IMG/VR virus record: IMGVR_UViG_3300020045_008999
Coordinates: 448,001-512,000 of that record
Strand: one strand, 5' to 3'
Length of the DNA: 64,000 nt
DNA from: a virus
Taxonomy: Duplodnaviria; Heunggongvirae; Uroviricota; Caudoviricetes
Within the stretch, counting starts at the first letter, position 1, and each line of letters opens with the position of its first letter. This document shows positions 30,801-41,200 of the stretch, in pieces. The position numbers and the translations under genes were made by a program. The notes below the pieces were generated by a model. The model was not told the DNA's origin. It made no database searches and saw only the letters and a program-made list of their open reading frames with translations.

Positions 30801-31060
30801 GTCTGAATAAGTGCACCACTACCATTAATGTTATAAATTGATTCTATATTCCCATTTAACCTTTCAATTTCTGATTTCAAATAACCAAAACTTGGAAAAT
30901 TCATCTGCTTACTAATACCGGATTTATCAATAATATTCACACTAATAGATGGGTCCGACGAAATTGTCAACTCATTGAGTTTTGTAAGTAGTTCAACAAC
31001 ATTAGTATTGTACATTATTATTTGTTCGGCAACACTTGGGAAAGAACTTTTTATAGCCAT
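27833..31060 (-). CDS. Large virion/baseplate-type structural protein
   Basis: 1075 aa; coiled coil plus FN3-like segment (EIRIKSISEVGYP...SDWSN); late motif at 31085-31095. Confidence 0.55.
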   Translation of the reverse strand: MAIKSSFPSVAEQIIMYNTNVVELLTKLNELTISSDPSISVNIIDKSGISKQMNFPSFGYLKSEIERLNGNIESIYNINGSGALIQTASNKYKKVITVDLNKEPNDITTLEPIGNFSISKNWFFDSLLNPQLFIDLDLSGKVEDNVSACKIRRYIVEFEDVGGTLTANGNTALASFNSLYRNQSNINITEFVNWLLTTPGIKNSANINYDEQDFQMESNRLSYNGQYSVLSIEEDTLNNMLWYHLDTLKYVNTLTNVISELVVNMELIINVDKSTTRYKIIEISTTMTNPRIRLERLEGNDPIPVGVGTLKVYSPVFQNKKLRVSVGYNERNVLFIKPINTDNHILSKNWSGGIGYWTSDLKLNSGDSDNGMSLSQYYVSKVDDYGTVLRDLTKKNIPNIYAVVPNAPVLSSESFKVVQINKHLTDTNGSSSLKAKYNQQTSLKSEIGQLSEAILNKNKQLTVTRFASDSAKSQFENEIVKLNKQKESKSKLLSSLVTDIISESNAVSNNDVAKYRIRGFWNIPAAAIAFGTSPQEVVQFRIEYRYLTLDGRESGTDTYKLAADNGQQTAIFSPWNNFLTEPRKRLYDVTTDSYKWETTLVGDGNVINSNQLEIPISSNESVEIRIKSISEVGYPSSLTESDWSNTLLCEFPSEMNVASIDVETIKLEAMREDLKVQIESDLAAKGVDEHLSDTTTINNTTYHHKASHIISGFKDSNKMDIDLYAYLQYLEAKISTLEAKINKTTGELEVIIFRNNDQIVVKNGGEITFNIECEDYLDSFTGTGIQTGRVYTNSIYVIKDFMLKVKNKSTQSPLGLLSGRDYSSADIYNPAAPQSFWVNDQNELIASNVSGGTKTQLDNQFIWMVNYEGITQNNAVKLSDNIGNNFSTNNSITNILASSEFNLGYSDKSVLAFVNNNNSLLDSSKWIDPSTSIASTTKLLSSVHPVVSDLGNIVEVNSDKVKVVGVNENDDINIPLNVYFKMNALDNTKVGKDFQYVNLNKFTQSIKHTKKIKFFMESESENRPFVFTVIFVLNRNRTIVKKTTSTVPSISDSLQNVSVKQRRSKSSTTNSNTDI

Positions 31061-31169
31061 CGTTTGGATAATTTTAATTTTAATTATATATTAAAACATT
31101 GTTACCACGTTTAAAAATTTTTATGTACATTTGCTCTCAAAGTATTTTAACGATTAAAAAACATAACAT

Positions 31170-33008
31170 ATGAACCCAATAGAAGAACTAGCAGCAAACA
31201 TTAGAATTTGGAATAAAGCATATCGAATTGGTAATTCGATAATAAGTGACGCACAATATGATTACGCAATCGAACAATTATATGAACTGGATCCCAATAA
31301 CGAGGTATTTTTCGAAATCGGGCATGTCATCATAGATGAAGCACGTAAGGCTAATCTTCCAACGGTAATGGCTTCAATGGATAAGTATAAAACCGAAGAA
31401 GATCTAATGAAAAAATGGATCAATAAGATTGGGTTAATACCAACTGATGAAATTATCATCAGCCCTAAACTAGATGGGATATCTTTCTGCGTGATAGAAG
31501 ACAAGAAAGAAGGATTCACCAGAGGGGATGGTACTATTGGTCAAAAGTCAAACGAACATCTTAGTATGGTTGGTAACAACACATTAACCAACCCCATACC
31601 TAATTGTATCACTTTTGGTGAAGTAGTTATGGCCAAACAAGTATTTGTTGACAAATATTCGGAAGATTTCGCAAATCCGAGAAATTATGTCGCGGGCTTG
31701 TTCAATTCAGATGATGCAACCGATCCATTATATGATTGTGATTACATAAGATATGGACTAATCACCGATGATAAACGATTCCAAACAAAAGAAGATAAAT
31801 TTATCTACTTAAATGAAAATCAGTCAGTTAAAATTAATTATTCGGTAATTAAAGTTCAAGATTTAACCGAAGATTTATTGATTAACCTATTCAAAGAATG
31901 GTCAGATGTATATGATATAGATGGATTGATCTTAGAAGTGAATGATCTTATCAAACAAGAACAACTAGGCCGTGAACGCAACCAAAACCCAGCATGGGCC
32001 AGAGCATTTAAACACAATAGTTTCGAAATGACTGCGGAGGCCGGAATATTAGACCTACAATATACGATTTCAAAACAAGGTTTCTTAAAGCCTGTTATTT
32101 ACATCACACCCACTAAATTAGATGGTGCTACTGTACGAAAAATTACTGGGAATAACGCACGCTTCATCAAACGGATGGGAATTGGAGTTGGTGGGAAAAT
32201 ATTAGTAAAGCGCAGTGGTATGGTTATCCCATTAGTGGTTGCAGTTCTCGAAAGGAAAGAGTTTATATACCCATCAATAAATGGTGTCGAAATTGTATGG
32301 AATGCATCCGGTGCCGAATTAATGACGTTGACTATAACTGACGATCAACGCTTCAAACAAGCGGTTTCATTTTTTGAAATTCTAAAAGCAGATAACTTCT
32401 CAGAGGGTACAATTCGCCAACTTTGGGATAATGATTTCAATTCTATCCATAAAATTGCAAATATTACACAAGTCGAACTATCTAAATTGCCCGGTTTTGC
32501 TGATAAAAAATCGGAAATTGTATTCAATTCGATAAAAAAATCATTAAATAACGTACCGCTATCCAAACTACAACATGCTTCTGGACTATTCAAACAGTTA
32601 GGAAGTAAGAAACTATTATTACTTGAAGATTTCATTGAAATTCCAAAAGTTTCTGAGATCATACAAATCGAGGGATTTGCAGAAGTATCCGCCCACGCAT
32701 ATTTAGAAGCCATCAACGAATTCAACGAATTTATAATAGGGCTACCGGTAACTATTAGCAAAAAAACCATCATTGAAAAAGTAAGCAATGATATGGATGG
32801 TATGGTATTTGTATTCAGTGGGATCCGCTCCAATGAGATGGAAGATGTGATAGTATCTCGTGGTGGGAAAATTGCATCAGGCATTTCTAAGAATACTACA
32901 CATTTAGTTATGAAAGCAAAAGGCAGCGGAAGCTCTAAAGAAAATAAGGCAATCGATTTAGGGGTTGTTATATTAACGTTAGATGAATTACAAAAATTAA
33001 TAGCATAA
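31170..33008 (+). CDS. ligA: NAD-dependent DNA ligase
   Basis: ISDAQYD domain Ia, PKLDGIS, TRGDG, DGLI, AFK, OB fold, HhH, C-terminal BRCT; TACATTTG promoter at 31126-31133. Confidence 0.95.
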   Translation: MNPIEELAANIRIWNKAYRIGNSIISDAQYDYAIEQLYELDPNNEVFFEIGHVIIDEARKANLPTVMASMDKYKTEEDLMKKWINKIGLIPTDEIIISPKLDGISFCVIEDKKEGFTRGDGTIGQKSNEHLSMVGNNTLTNPIPNCITFGEVVMAKQVFVDKYSEDFANPRNYVAGLFNSDDATDPLYDCDYIRYGLITDDKRFQTKEDKFIYLNENQSVKINYSVIKVQDLTEDLLINLFKEWSDVYDIDGLILEVNDLIKQEQLGRERNQNPAWARAFKHNSFEMTAEAGILDLQYTISKQGFLKPVIYITPTKLDGATVRKITGNNARFIKRMGIGVGGKILVKRSGMVIPLVVAVLERKEFIYPSINGVEIVWNASGAELMTLTITDDQRFKQAVSFFEILKADNFSEGTIRQLWDNDFNSIHKIANITQVELSKLPGFADKKSEIVFNSIKKSLNNVPLSKLQHASGLFKQLGSKKLLLLEDFIEIPKVSEIIQIEGFAEVSAHAYLEAINEFNEFIIGLPVTISKKTIIEKVSNDMDGMVFVFSGIRSNEMEDVIVSRGGKIASGISKNTTHLVMKAKGSGSSKENKAIDLGVVILTLDELQKLIA

Positions 33009-33012
33009 AGCT

Positions 33013-33387
33013 ATGGATATTATTATAAACATACTAGCCCTATTGTGCGGCATCGGAATTGGTTGGCGTACCCATGTTCTACACCTGAGACATAAAGAGC
33101 CGGTTATAATATATCCCAGAGGGGTGATTGGCCAAACACTTTCTACTAGTGATACTAAGGAATTCGATATTCAACTTGAAATTAAGGCCATAGAGTCTAC
33201 TTCGGATTCAGTCAAGATCTCACTCACCAATGTAATAATTATGCAAAGTCACTATGATACTCATATTATTCGTGCAAAAATAAAAGCATTGTATGAAGGC
33301 AGGTGGGTGATGAAAGATAGTATTGTATGGATTATAGAACCAACAGTAACAAATCGCATAAATACGATCAACAGTATTTTGAAATAA
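33013..33387 (+). CDS. Membrane-anchored hypothetical protein with C-terminal R-x3-I-x2-IL motif
   Basis: N-terminal hydrophobic helix; ends ...NRINTINSILK. Confidence 0.6.
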   Translation: MDIIINILALLCGIGIGWRTHVLHLRHKEPVIIYPRGVIGQTLSTSDTKEFDIQLEIKAIESTSDSVKISLTNVIIMQSHYDTHIIRAKIKALYEGRWVMKDSIVWIIEPTVTNRINTINSILK

Positions 33388-33556
33388 ACTATTATGAACC
33401 TAAAAAATAATTGATTGTCAAGTAGTTGTAAAATAATTAAAAATATTCTTTTTATTTCTGAAAAGGACTAAACTTTTTACAATATATATGGTATAAGATA
33501 AACATCTATCAATGATAGACAACTAAAACCAATAAAAAAAAAATAACGGCAATCAA

Positions 33557-34144
33557 ATGACAACTACTATCGAAAATTTCAAAGAACATGAAGACCTTTT
33601 CAAAAAACAAACTGGGTTAGATTTCAATTATGCATATAATAAGTATTACACAAAATTAGTTTATTATATCAGTAAAAGATGTCCTGATATACAACAGGCG
33701 GAAGATTTATCAACAAAATCATTTATACGATCAATTGAAAAAATCGACCAATTTGACAAAACAAAGGCACAGTTTTCAACTTGGTTATTTAGAATCGGTA
33801 GAAATATTGCATACAAAGAAATGGATGACAATAAACACATTTCATCTATTGACGTTGAATATGATAAGCAAGGAACTACTATGAAAGAGTTTATTCCAAA
33901 TTCGGAAGAAGACGAAGTAGAAGACCTAATTATCAAAAAAGGTAGAATTATGCTAGAACATATTTCTAAATTAAGAGAACCGTACAGAAGAGTTATTGAA
34001 ATGAGGGAATTAGATAACTTATCTTATCAAGAAATTTCTGAAATTTTAGGCGAAAACCTAAACACAATCAAAAGTCGCATAAAAAACGGCCGAATACTTT
34101 TAATAAATTCCACTAAAAAAGAATTTAAATTACTAGACAAATAA
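33557..34144 (+). CDS. ECF-type RNA polymerase sigma factor
   Basis: AEDL...F, FSTWLFRIGRN (region 2); LSYQEISEILGENLNTIKSRIKNGR (region 4). Confidence 0.92.
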   Translation: MTTTIENFKEHEDLFKKQTGLDFNYAYNKYYTKLVYYISKRCPDIQQAEDLSTKSFIRSIEKIDQFDKTKAQFSTWLFRIGRNIAYKEMDDNKHISSIDVEYDKQGTTMKEFIPNSEEDEVEDLIIKKGRIMLEHISKLREPYRRVIEMRELDNLSYQEISEILGENLNTIKSRIKNGRILLINSTKKEFKLLDK

Positions 34145-34155
34145 AAAAAATAAAT

Positions 34156-34476
34156 ATGACAAACCTTACTATAATAAATCCCGAAAATATTCAACAATTC
34201 ACAGAATCCGGAGTAGTAATAATTGACGTATGGTCACCAACTTGCGGACCTTGTCTTCAATTATTACCAATTTTCGAACAAATTGCTAATGATTTAACGG
34301 ATGTTGCATCCTTTGGGAAATTAAATGCACAGGACCACCGAGATGTTGCAGTCGATCTCAATGTACGATCAATCCCAACCTTACTATTTTATAAAGATGG
34401 GGTGGTTGTAAATCGCACAGTAGGATTGAAAAGCCCTGAGGAAATCAAAACAATCATATTGGAAATTTCAAACTAA
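34156..34476 (+). CDS. trxA: Thioredoxin
   Basis: WSPTCGPC, VRSIPTLLFYKDG. Confidence 0.9.
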   Translation: MTNLTIINPENIQQFTESGVVIIDVWSPTCGPCLQLLPIFEQIANDLTDVASFGKLNAQDHRDVAVDLNVRSIPTLLFYKDGVVVNRTVGLKSPEEIKTIILEISN

Positions 34477-34484
34477 TTAAAATT

Positions 34485-34510
34485 AAAAACCTGTTTTTTA
34501 CAGGTTTTTT
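34485..34510 (+). terminator. Intrinsic terminator
   Basis: AAAAACCTGT-tttt-t-ACAGGTTTTTT. Confidence 0.7.
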
Positions 34511-34522
34511 ACATTTCAATAT

Positions 34523-34945
34523 ATGATACCTTCCGACATAAATTGTGCCGAACACCACAGTATAGTTATAAAAATATTAAATAGTAAAATTACTATAAAT
34601 AATATAATATCATTTGTAGAGAAAATCACTTTGACAGACAAATCGAATTTTTATTATGTAAATTCAATTGATTCATATACAACTGACTTTAAAGGATTAT
34701 TACGCCAAATTAAAATTCGTGAAATTTTGGAAAATACTAATACATCCATTTTAGTATTACATAATATGCATCATTATTCTGCGGATTTCAAGTTAAGGAA
34801 TTTCATTTCTGAAAATAAAAAACAAATGAAAATTATACTAATTGAACAGAATACTATTAATTTTAAGGACTTACTAATTTCAGACTTAGTGATCGGTCTT
34901 AAATCATCTAATAATTTTAGTATAATCAAAAACCGATTCATATAA
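34523..34945 (+). CDS. Hypothetical protein with internal R-x3-I-x2-IL motif
   Basis: LLRQIKIREILE. Confidence 0.55.
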   Translation: MIPSDINCAEHHSIVIKILNSKITINNIISFVEKITLTDKSNFYYVNSIDSYTTDFKGLLRQIKIREILENTNTSILVLHNMHHYSADFKLRNFISENKKQMKIILIEQNTINFKDLLISDLVIGLKSSNNFSIIKNRFI

Positions 34946-34956
34946 ATGTTTACAAT

Positions 34957-35358
34957 ATGGTTCCAGAATTCAATTCACTACATCGATGCACGACGTACTA
35001 CTTCGATAATAATTCGCAAAATATTGAAGAAGAGTTTTCATTAAATATAAATATTTTTAGGCCACATATCACAGAAACTTCACAAAGAAATGATATACTA
35101 CGTCAATTACACATACACAACATCCTAAATAACTCAAATTGTGCTATTGTATATTTTGATAGTAATAATTTTAATAATACGAGACATTTATTTATGTTGG
35201 TATCTGAGTTTAATATATTATTTGATAAAATTCGAATTCTTGTTAAGATAAACAAAGTGACACACGATCAAATATACCATTCACTGGTAGCTTGGTCCAC
35301 TTTAGTAGTCAGCGTTATAGAAAATAAAGAAATAATTCTCAAAAATTGTAGCGCATAA
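34957..35358 (+). CDS. Hypothetical protein, possible paralog of the upstream gene
   Basis: ILRQLHIHNILN at a similar position; similar ending (IIKNR / ILKNC). Confidence 0.55.
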   Translation: MVPEFNSLHRCTTYYFDNNSQNIEEEFSLNINIFRPHITETSQRNDILRQLHIHNILNNSNCAIVYFDSNNFNNTRHLFMLVSEFNILFDKIRILVKINKVTHDQIYHSLVAWSTLVVSVIENKEIILKNCSA

Positions 35359-35410
35359 ACCAATACATTTTCTTAAATTTGCATAAAAATAAAACAAAAA
35401 CAAAAAAAAC

Positions 35411-36514
35411 ATGATCATAAATTTAAAGTCCGAAACTAACCTATCTGGGTTTTACATTGTTTATAAAGGATCTACGAATCTAGAAAAAAAAGGATGGCGC
35501 GGCATTTCACACCTAATGGAACATTTAGTATTCAAAAGTGTAGATCACCTACAAGAAGATTTCGATAGAGATGGCTTAGAATACAATGCATATACAAGTG
35601 GCAATGAAATTGTATTCTATTTGACCGGATTAGATAGTCGAGTTAATAAATGGAAAAGTACTTTCTTAAATTTGTTACTACAATTTCAAATTACCGAAGA
35701 GGAATTCCACAACGAACGAAAAATTGTACTGGAGGAATACATGGATTGCTTCAATGACCAATCACAAGTACATGCACTGAATCTAAGTAGAAAACTTCTT
35801 AATGATTTCGACGCAATTGGTTCCCGCCAAGATTTAGAAAATCTGACATATCAGGATATAATCGATTTTTTCGATTTACAATATTCAAAGCCTAGTAAAA
35901 TTATTAACGTTTCAAAGGATTCAAATTATTACAATGATTCAATTCAGTTCAGCGATATTGTAATAGACAAAACGTTCGAAATTAAATCGTACGATGTCGA
36001 TTTTGAGTTAAGAAATGAATTCAAAGATAAGACTTCCATAATTGCACTATCACCACTTATTAACGAAGACTTTGGTTATGTAAAATTCATAAACAGCATG
36101 TTATCCATGGGACTAATTTCACCACTATATGATGAAATTCGAGAAAAGAGAGGGTTGGTATACTATGTTCATTGCTATATGTCAATTGTGAATAAACAAG
36201 CGGCTACAATTATAGCAACCGTAACTTCAAATGAAAATACACAAACGGTAACTGATTGCATTGAAGAAATTTTATCAAATCCAGATAAATACATCACCCA
36301 AGAACGACTGGAAGTTGTAAAGGATTACTACATGGCCAGAAAAGAAATCAATGAAATACTAAGGTATAAAAATGTGGATAAATACATTTCAGATATGGAA
36401 ACAATTTATGATATTTTAGATTCCGTTAATTTAGAAAAAATTATTCAGGTCTATAAAAAATATTTTAATTACAGCACATTCCACATATCAAATGATAAAA
36501 CGGAATTTGTTTAA
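35411..36514 (+). CDS. M16 (insulinase-family) zinc peptidase
   Basis: GISHLMEH (HxxEH), NAYTS, ERKIVLEE, EIREKRGLVY. Confidence 0.92.
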   Translation: MIINLKSETNLSGFYIVYKGSTNLEKKGWRGISHLMEHLVFKSVDHLQEDFDRDGLEYNAYTSGNEIVFYLTGLDSRVNKWKSTFLNLLLQFQITEEEFHNERKIVLEEYMDCFNDQSQVHALNLSRKLLNDFDAIGSRQDLENLTYQDIIDFFDLQYSKPSKIINVSKDSNYYNDSIQFSDIVIDKTFEIKSYDVDFELRNEFKDKTSIIALSPLINEDFGYVKFINSMLSMGLISPLYDEIREKRGLVYYVHCYMSIVNKQAATIIATVTSNENTQTVTDCIEEILSNPDKYITQERLEVVKDYYMARKEINEILRYKNVDKYISDMETIYDILDSVNLEKIIQVYKKYFNYSTFHISNDKTEFV

Positions 36515-36515
36515 C

Positions 36516-36547
36516 AAAAAGGTTGGTATATTTATGCCAACCTTTTT
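36516..36547 (+). terminator. Intrinsic terminator
   Basis: AAAAAGGTTGGTA...TGCCAACCTTTTT. Confidence 0.7.
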
Positions 36548-36561
36548 ATATTTTATTTATT

Positions 36562-37107
36562 ATGCAAAATTTATTAGATAAATATGGGATAAATGTAAGA
36601 TACTGCACCCTCCGTAATATGTGGAATCGTGACGTCCATACATACCACAACACAACACATCTTCTGGACCTATACCACCAAATTCATGATAGATACCCAA
36701 ATAGTTGTGATGAACGTGACCTACTTTTATTGGCCGCAATTTTCCATGACATTATATACATCCCTGGTAATACAGACAACGAAGAAAAGTCAGTTGAATA
36801 TTTACAATCGTTATGCGAAGTCATTTCTAGTGATATTTTGACGGTTTGTATTATAATATCTGATACCAAATCACATATACCATCAAATGCTATATCTTCG
36901 GTATTCTGTGATATGGACATGGATATATTATCCAGAAGTTATGATGAATTGATAATATATGAAAATAGAATTTACCAAGAATACAAACACTTATCGGGAT
37001 ATAGAGAGGGTAGGATTGCTTTCATAAATTCCATACTGGTAGAAAATTCAAAAAATTCAATTAACCTACATATGTTAATAGATTATATCACATTTATGTA
37101 TCATTAA
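36562..37107 (+). CDS. HD-domain metal-dependent phosphohydrolase
   Basis: YHNTTH, AIFHDIIY, DNEEKS, DMDMDIL; start moved past the terminator. Confidence 0.85.
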   Translation: MQNLLDKYGINVRYCTLRNMWNRDVHTYHNTTHLLDLYHQIHDRYPNSCDERDLLLLAAIFHDIIYIPGNTDNEEKSVEYLQSLCEVISSDILTVCIIISDTKSHIPSNAISSVFCDMDMDILSRSYDELIIYENRIYQEYKHLSGYREGRIAFINSILVENSKNSINLHMLIDYITFMYH

Positions 37108-37152
37108 ATAAACAAATATGTGTTTTTTATATATAAATAAAAAACACATATT

Positions 37153-37533
37153 ATGGAAGATGCTTTTAACACACAAGATAAATTAGTTGACTATGTAAAT
37201 TATGATTTGGACTCAGTACCAACAGGATATAATTGTTTACCACTTACTGGGACTGGGACTAGTACATCATCTGGGTATATTACAATAGGCAATAATACCA
37301 TCAATTCCGCAGGGATATTATCGAATATTAACTCCATTAATGCTACGGGGGGATATTATTATACATCAGGTGGAGGACTGTTCACACCAACTGAATCCGA
37401 AGAAACTAAATATACAGACTTCATGTTTAAACTTCTTGGTATTGATATGGATTATATAAAATTTATCAACATGACCGAATCTGAAAGAACTGCATTCATA
37501 AGAACTTATGTAATAGCAAATATTGTGAAATAG
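37153..37533 (+). CDS. Hypothetical protein with C-terminal R-x3-I-x2-IV motif
   Basis: G/T/S-rich middle; ends ...FIRTYVIANIVK. Confidence 0.6.
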   Translation: MEDAFNTQDKLVDYVNYDLDSVPTGYNCLPLTGTGTSTSSGYITIGNNTINSAGILSNINSINATGGYYYTSGGGLFTPTESEETKYTDFMFKLLGIDMDYIKFINMTESERTAFIRTYVIANIVK

Positions 37534-37534
37534 A

Positions 37535-38254
37535 ATGAATTTAAATAAAAATTATTATTCAATTTTAAATATTCCTAAAAATTCCGACAAAAAAGAAATA
37601 AAAAAGGGATATTTCGCCTTATCGAAAAAACACCACCCGGATAAAGGTGGGGATGAAGATTTTTTCAAAGAAATTTCAGAATCTTACACCATATTATTCA
37701 ATGAAGTTACCCGGACCGATTATGATAAACGAAGTCGGTTCGGAAATGAATATGATGAATTAAGCGAATTATTGAACTATGAGCAAGACATTACGTGGGA
37801 TGAAAGTAAATATAATAAGTTTAAGAAAGATGACCTCCTAAACATTATTATCGAAGTTCCATCACCATTTATTGGTGTTGTGGAGTACCAAAGATGGGTA
37901 ATTTGTAAAAAATGCAGTGGGAATGGTAAAGATTTGAATTCGAAAATTGTAATAAAGGATCGTAATGGTGATGTAATACGAATGTTTGAGGGTGATGGCG
38001 GTTGTGATTTCTGCGAAGGAAGCGGCAAAGACTGGAAAGGAAATGATTGCTCATTTTGCTTTGGGGCTGGGAAAATTGGTTCTTCCAATTGTAAAACATG
38101 CGATGGTAAAAAACGAATTTTAGGAAATCAAAAATTATCCGGAATATCAATTCCAGATAATTTCGACGATCCTATAAAAGTTCCCAATATGGGTAATATG
38201 TCAAAAGATATCCCTGGGAAATCCGGGCATCTTTTTATTCGCGTACTTATTTAA
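37535..38254 (+). CDS. dnaJ: DnaJ-like co-chaperone
   Basis: J domain with HPDKGG; four CxxCxGxG-type repeats. Confidence 0.9.
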   Translation: MNLNKNYYSILNIPKNSDKKEIKKGYFALSKKHHPDKGGDEDFFKEISESYTILFNEVTRTDYDKRSRFGNEYDELSELLNYEQDITWDESKYNKFKKDDLLNIIIEVPSPFIGVVEYQRWVICKKCSGNGKDLNSKIVIKDRNGDVIRMFEGDGGCDFCEGSGKDWKGNDCSFCFGAGKIGSSNCKTCDGKKRILGNQKLSGISIPDNFDDPIKVPNMGNMSKDIPGKSGHLFIRVLI

Positions 38255-41200
38255 CTTTGAATTCCGAAGGGTGGTGTGGTAGTATAGCCAAATGCTGTAC
38301 TCAAATCAGATACATTACCCAACGAATCCATTGTTTTTATTCTATAATACCTGGTTTTATTAAAACCGACTACATCATAATACGCCACAACAAGTCCAAC
38401 ATCTGCAATTTTCAAATATTGTCCATAAGCTGTTGTTGATCTCCATACTTCATATCCAGCCACCGTATTATCACTACTTCCCACGGACCATTCAACCTGG
38501 ATACCAGTATCATCACTATATGCATATACATCAGATGGCGCAGTTACACTGCTAGGATCTGGAATAACAATCGGTGGACTAATTGTAAAACTTTTAGTGT
38601 AGGTATTAGAATATCTACCATCAATTTTGCCTATTGATCTAATTCTAATATAATATAATTCCCCACTTACCAATCCATTATATACCTGTGTATAATTCCC
38701 AGTAATATTTATCAAATGTTCAATTGGATCACTATATGGAAATGCAGTTCCATATGAAATTTCATATCCTCTTATATTTTGAATATAACTAGGATCATCC
38801 CAACTGATACTAACACTTAGTGAATCAAAGTCAACAATCGGACTCCAAACCAATGGACCCAATATTTCATCACTATTCGTAGTATATGCTGGTATATTTA
38901 ACGATGTGATTCCAATAGTAGAAGTAATGTTATCGATGAAATCATAATCATCACTATATTTAATTTCCGGTGCTGGAATATACTTAGGGGCCTTTGCACT
39001 ATCATCAATGCGCATATTTGAATCATCTTCACCAAAATAATCAAAGAAAGGTATCATGTCTAATTCATTGAAATTTATACTCTTAAATTCGAAGGATGAA
39101 TTAGTCGCATTACTCAACATATATAAATCCAGACTCTTTTTGTTGAAAAAATATTCGCGTCGTATTTTACCTGGTTTATTTTCGGTTAAATGGTTCTCAA
39201 TTGCTTTATTAATCGAATAGTATTGTGGGGTATTGTCAAAATACAAACTTGGGGTATCATTATCATATAACACCGAACCACTAAAACTACGCAAATTGAA
39301 TTCTATAACGGAATATCTACCAGAATCTATTGATTGATACTTTTCATTGTATAAATTAGTCGGACCACTATTATTCAAAACAAACGATGCCCCACTATTT
39401 ACAGAAACAAACATAATATTAGAATTACTTACATCACCCTCTAAATAATTAGCACTCAATGTTGGTAAATCGCTACCACTAATTGTTTTATAATTCCATC
39501 CATTAGTGGTAAACTCACCAATGCTGTTGTTAGTCGCACCAACTTGAAATGGATACGTAAACAAACCATTTTGTGGCAGAAAAGAATTATATGCCGTTTT
39601 CTTAACACCCAAGTCATACGTTTTGAAGTCAATATTATTTAAATTCATAAACCTAGCCCTTGATGATAGTACATCATTAGTGGACCTACCAGAGTGATTC
39701 ATCACCGGAATGTTACGTTGCCATTTATTTGAAAATATGGTATCATCCGAATAAATATTTACTCGATCATTCTCATTATTGTAACGAAATGCTGCCCATG
39801 AACGATAATATCGATCACTTGAATTCACAATTGGACTGGTTATCGGTTGTTTATTTACGTGAAAATTTCGCTTAATTACTACATTATCATAAAAAATAAA
39901 ATTCTGAACCATCGACTCATTACCAATTTTACCACCATCAAATATACCATCAATCATATGCGTTTTATTAAGAACTGTTATATATGGATAACCAGAAACA
40001 ATTCCATAATTCATAATACCATTATAAACACCATTTAGGAACACCCCAGACAACCAAACATTTGAACTCATTTTTATATCATGCATATCAGAGTCTTTAC
40101 GAATTAATCGCAATTGTGAATTTGAAATAACCTCTAACACTACTGTATTTCTACCAGATGTAACCACGGTAGGAATTGACCGAATAACCATATGTCCTTT
40201 CAACAATTTACGATTATCATTATAGTCAATTCCAATAATATTGGAAATTGATATTTTATCACTTTTATTAAATTTCAAAAGTTGAGCATAGTTATCGGTG
40301 GTTGGTTTAATTTCCACTTCAATGGTATAGACAAATTCACTGACTTGGATAAATTCGACAACATCACTTATTAAACAAATACTATCATCAGATCTATATC
40401 CATTTGACCACACCCCATTCTCCCATACCCCATGGGTGAATAATCCATTACCATATTTGAAATGAATCGTGTTTCCATTTTCAACAAATATAGGTGATAC
40501 AATATTTGGCATAGAAATTCCATTAAAATCCGCTAAATTAATCAATTCATTATTCCCGGACTTATAAATTGTTTTTATTCTACTCACTGTTATACTTGGA
40601 ATTAATGCCGTGGCAGCAACACTCCCCTCATTTGATATTCTATATGTGAGTGATTTATTCAAATCATTCTGACTTGGGAAATATTTTATCGGTTGGCTAA
40701 ATGAAATATTTGATAAGCGTATTACCGGTTTACCAGCATCATCAAACCCAACATTACCCGGTAAAATACTAGTCCTATAGCTTGGATTAACATCACCAGT
40801 TAAATCACCAATGTTCAAATACATAAACATATCATCATTCGATGCGCCAAAATTAAAAATAACTTCATAACCATAAAACGGATCTAGAAATACATCTGCA
40901 TCATCATAACATTTAGTATCATCACAATACGACATAGTTAGTCGATATTCATCACTTGATGTAGATGGTTCTTTAGTATATGCGGTTGGTGGTTGTTCAC
41001 CATTCACCGAAACCCAACTATTTGGAAATGCTAAGAAATCACCACTATCTTGAATTGTTTCATAACCACAATAATTTGTTATATGTATTTTATTCTTCAC
41101 ACTAACATCATCAATGCCAGAATCAACAAAATCAATTAGTTTTTTAGAAAAGTCATTAGCAAGAATGCCACTGGTCACATCCAGACCTTCATATGGACTA

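Noticed and set aside
33505-33519. TCTATCAATGATAGA resembles the Tn10 tet operator core
   Set aside because: No tetR or tetA in the window; a short AT-rich palindrome can match by chance. Kept only as a generic palindrome.
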